Below, in pieces: positions 63,345-64,000 of a stretch of 64,000 nucleotides of DNA. Every line of letters starts with the position of its first letter. Within the stretch, counting starts at the first letter, position 1. The position numbers and the translations under genes are program-made. This DNA is from Stegostoma tigrinum (lineage: Eukaryota): the NCBI RefSeq assembly GCF_030684315.1, contig NC_081374.1, positions 33,516,630 through 33,580,629 of the forward strand, in the 5' to 3' direction. Below the pieces are notes generated by a model. It did no database searches. It was not told the DNA's origin and saw only the letters and a list, made by a program, of their open reading frames with translations.

Positions 63345-64000
63345 GGCTGGGGAGGGACTGGGCAAATGGTGAATGCTGTGAGATTAACGAGTTGTGGATA
63401 TCTGGGAGATCACTGACCGGGTCAGGCTGAGGCTGAGGGCTACTGGAGATGAAGCTTTCACTCTCCCTTTCCATCATCATGATGCAAATGAAAAGTGCTC
63501 AATGAGGGAGAAAATGGCTGTGACCATGCTCAGAGTGGGTAGGGCAAGTGCTTTGACCTAAGAGGGAGGGGTTTTAGTACACACCAATTTTTAAGGTGGA
63601 ATTATAGATCTCAGGCCCTTGAAAGGTCTAGCATACAGGCATGGATTCTGCCTACTCCCTGGTCATGCCACGACATTGACCCTCTCTGTAGGTGGCACCT
63701 GCCTGGCACAGGCAACTGTTGAAAAATACTTCAGCAGCTATACCCTTGTGCACACAGAGATCGAAACATTAGGGAGTTCATGAGGAGAGCCAAAGGGGTC
63801 AGCATCACACAATGTGATATCTCTGCAATATTCCCCTGCTTGGAGATAATATTGTAGGCTGTTAGCACAAACCTCAGTTCATGAAGTCTCTTGTATGACT
63901 ATTAACTGCTGCTGGGCAGTATGAAAAAGTGCTTTTCAGAGACTCAAAAGCAGATGAATGAAAGCTAGCATTAATAACATTTATGAATACATTTTGAATA

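Overview
Eukaryotic, repeat-dominated non-coding DNA. The repeat set (CR1-type LINEs, tRNA-derived HE1-like SINEs, Penelope-like elements) points to a cartilaginous fish, probably a shark; this is an inference. No host protein-coding gene is recognisable. The dominant signal is a set of Penelope-like element (PLE; RT + GIY-YIG endonuclease) insertions carrying minimal hammerhead-ribozyme (HHR) motifs that integrated as fold-back palindromes. One is very young and 3.2 kb long (3441-6626): two 1552-bp arms, one mismatch seen, a 14-15-bp target-site duplication (TSD). At least six are miniature (140-250 bp) and come from more than one PLE family. In the five copies of the youngest family, one arm keeps a 33-44-nt 3' tail and the other stops at almost the same nucleotide. 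The miniature copies turn around at or next to the HHR, one of them at its predicted cleavage site. Other content: nested CR1/L2-type LINEs, an ancient L1/Tx1-like relic, five SINEs, a solo LTR, possible Harbinger relics and a 43-bp G-rich minisatellite. Boundaries of old repeats are approximate and were judged by eye.
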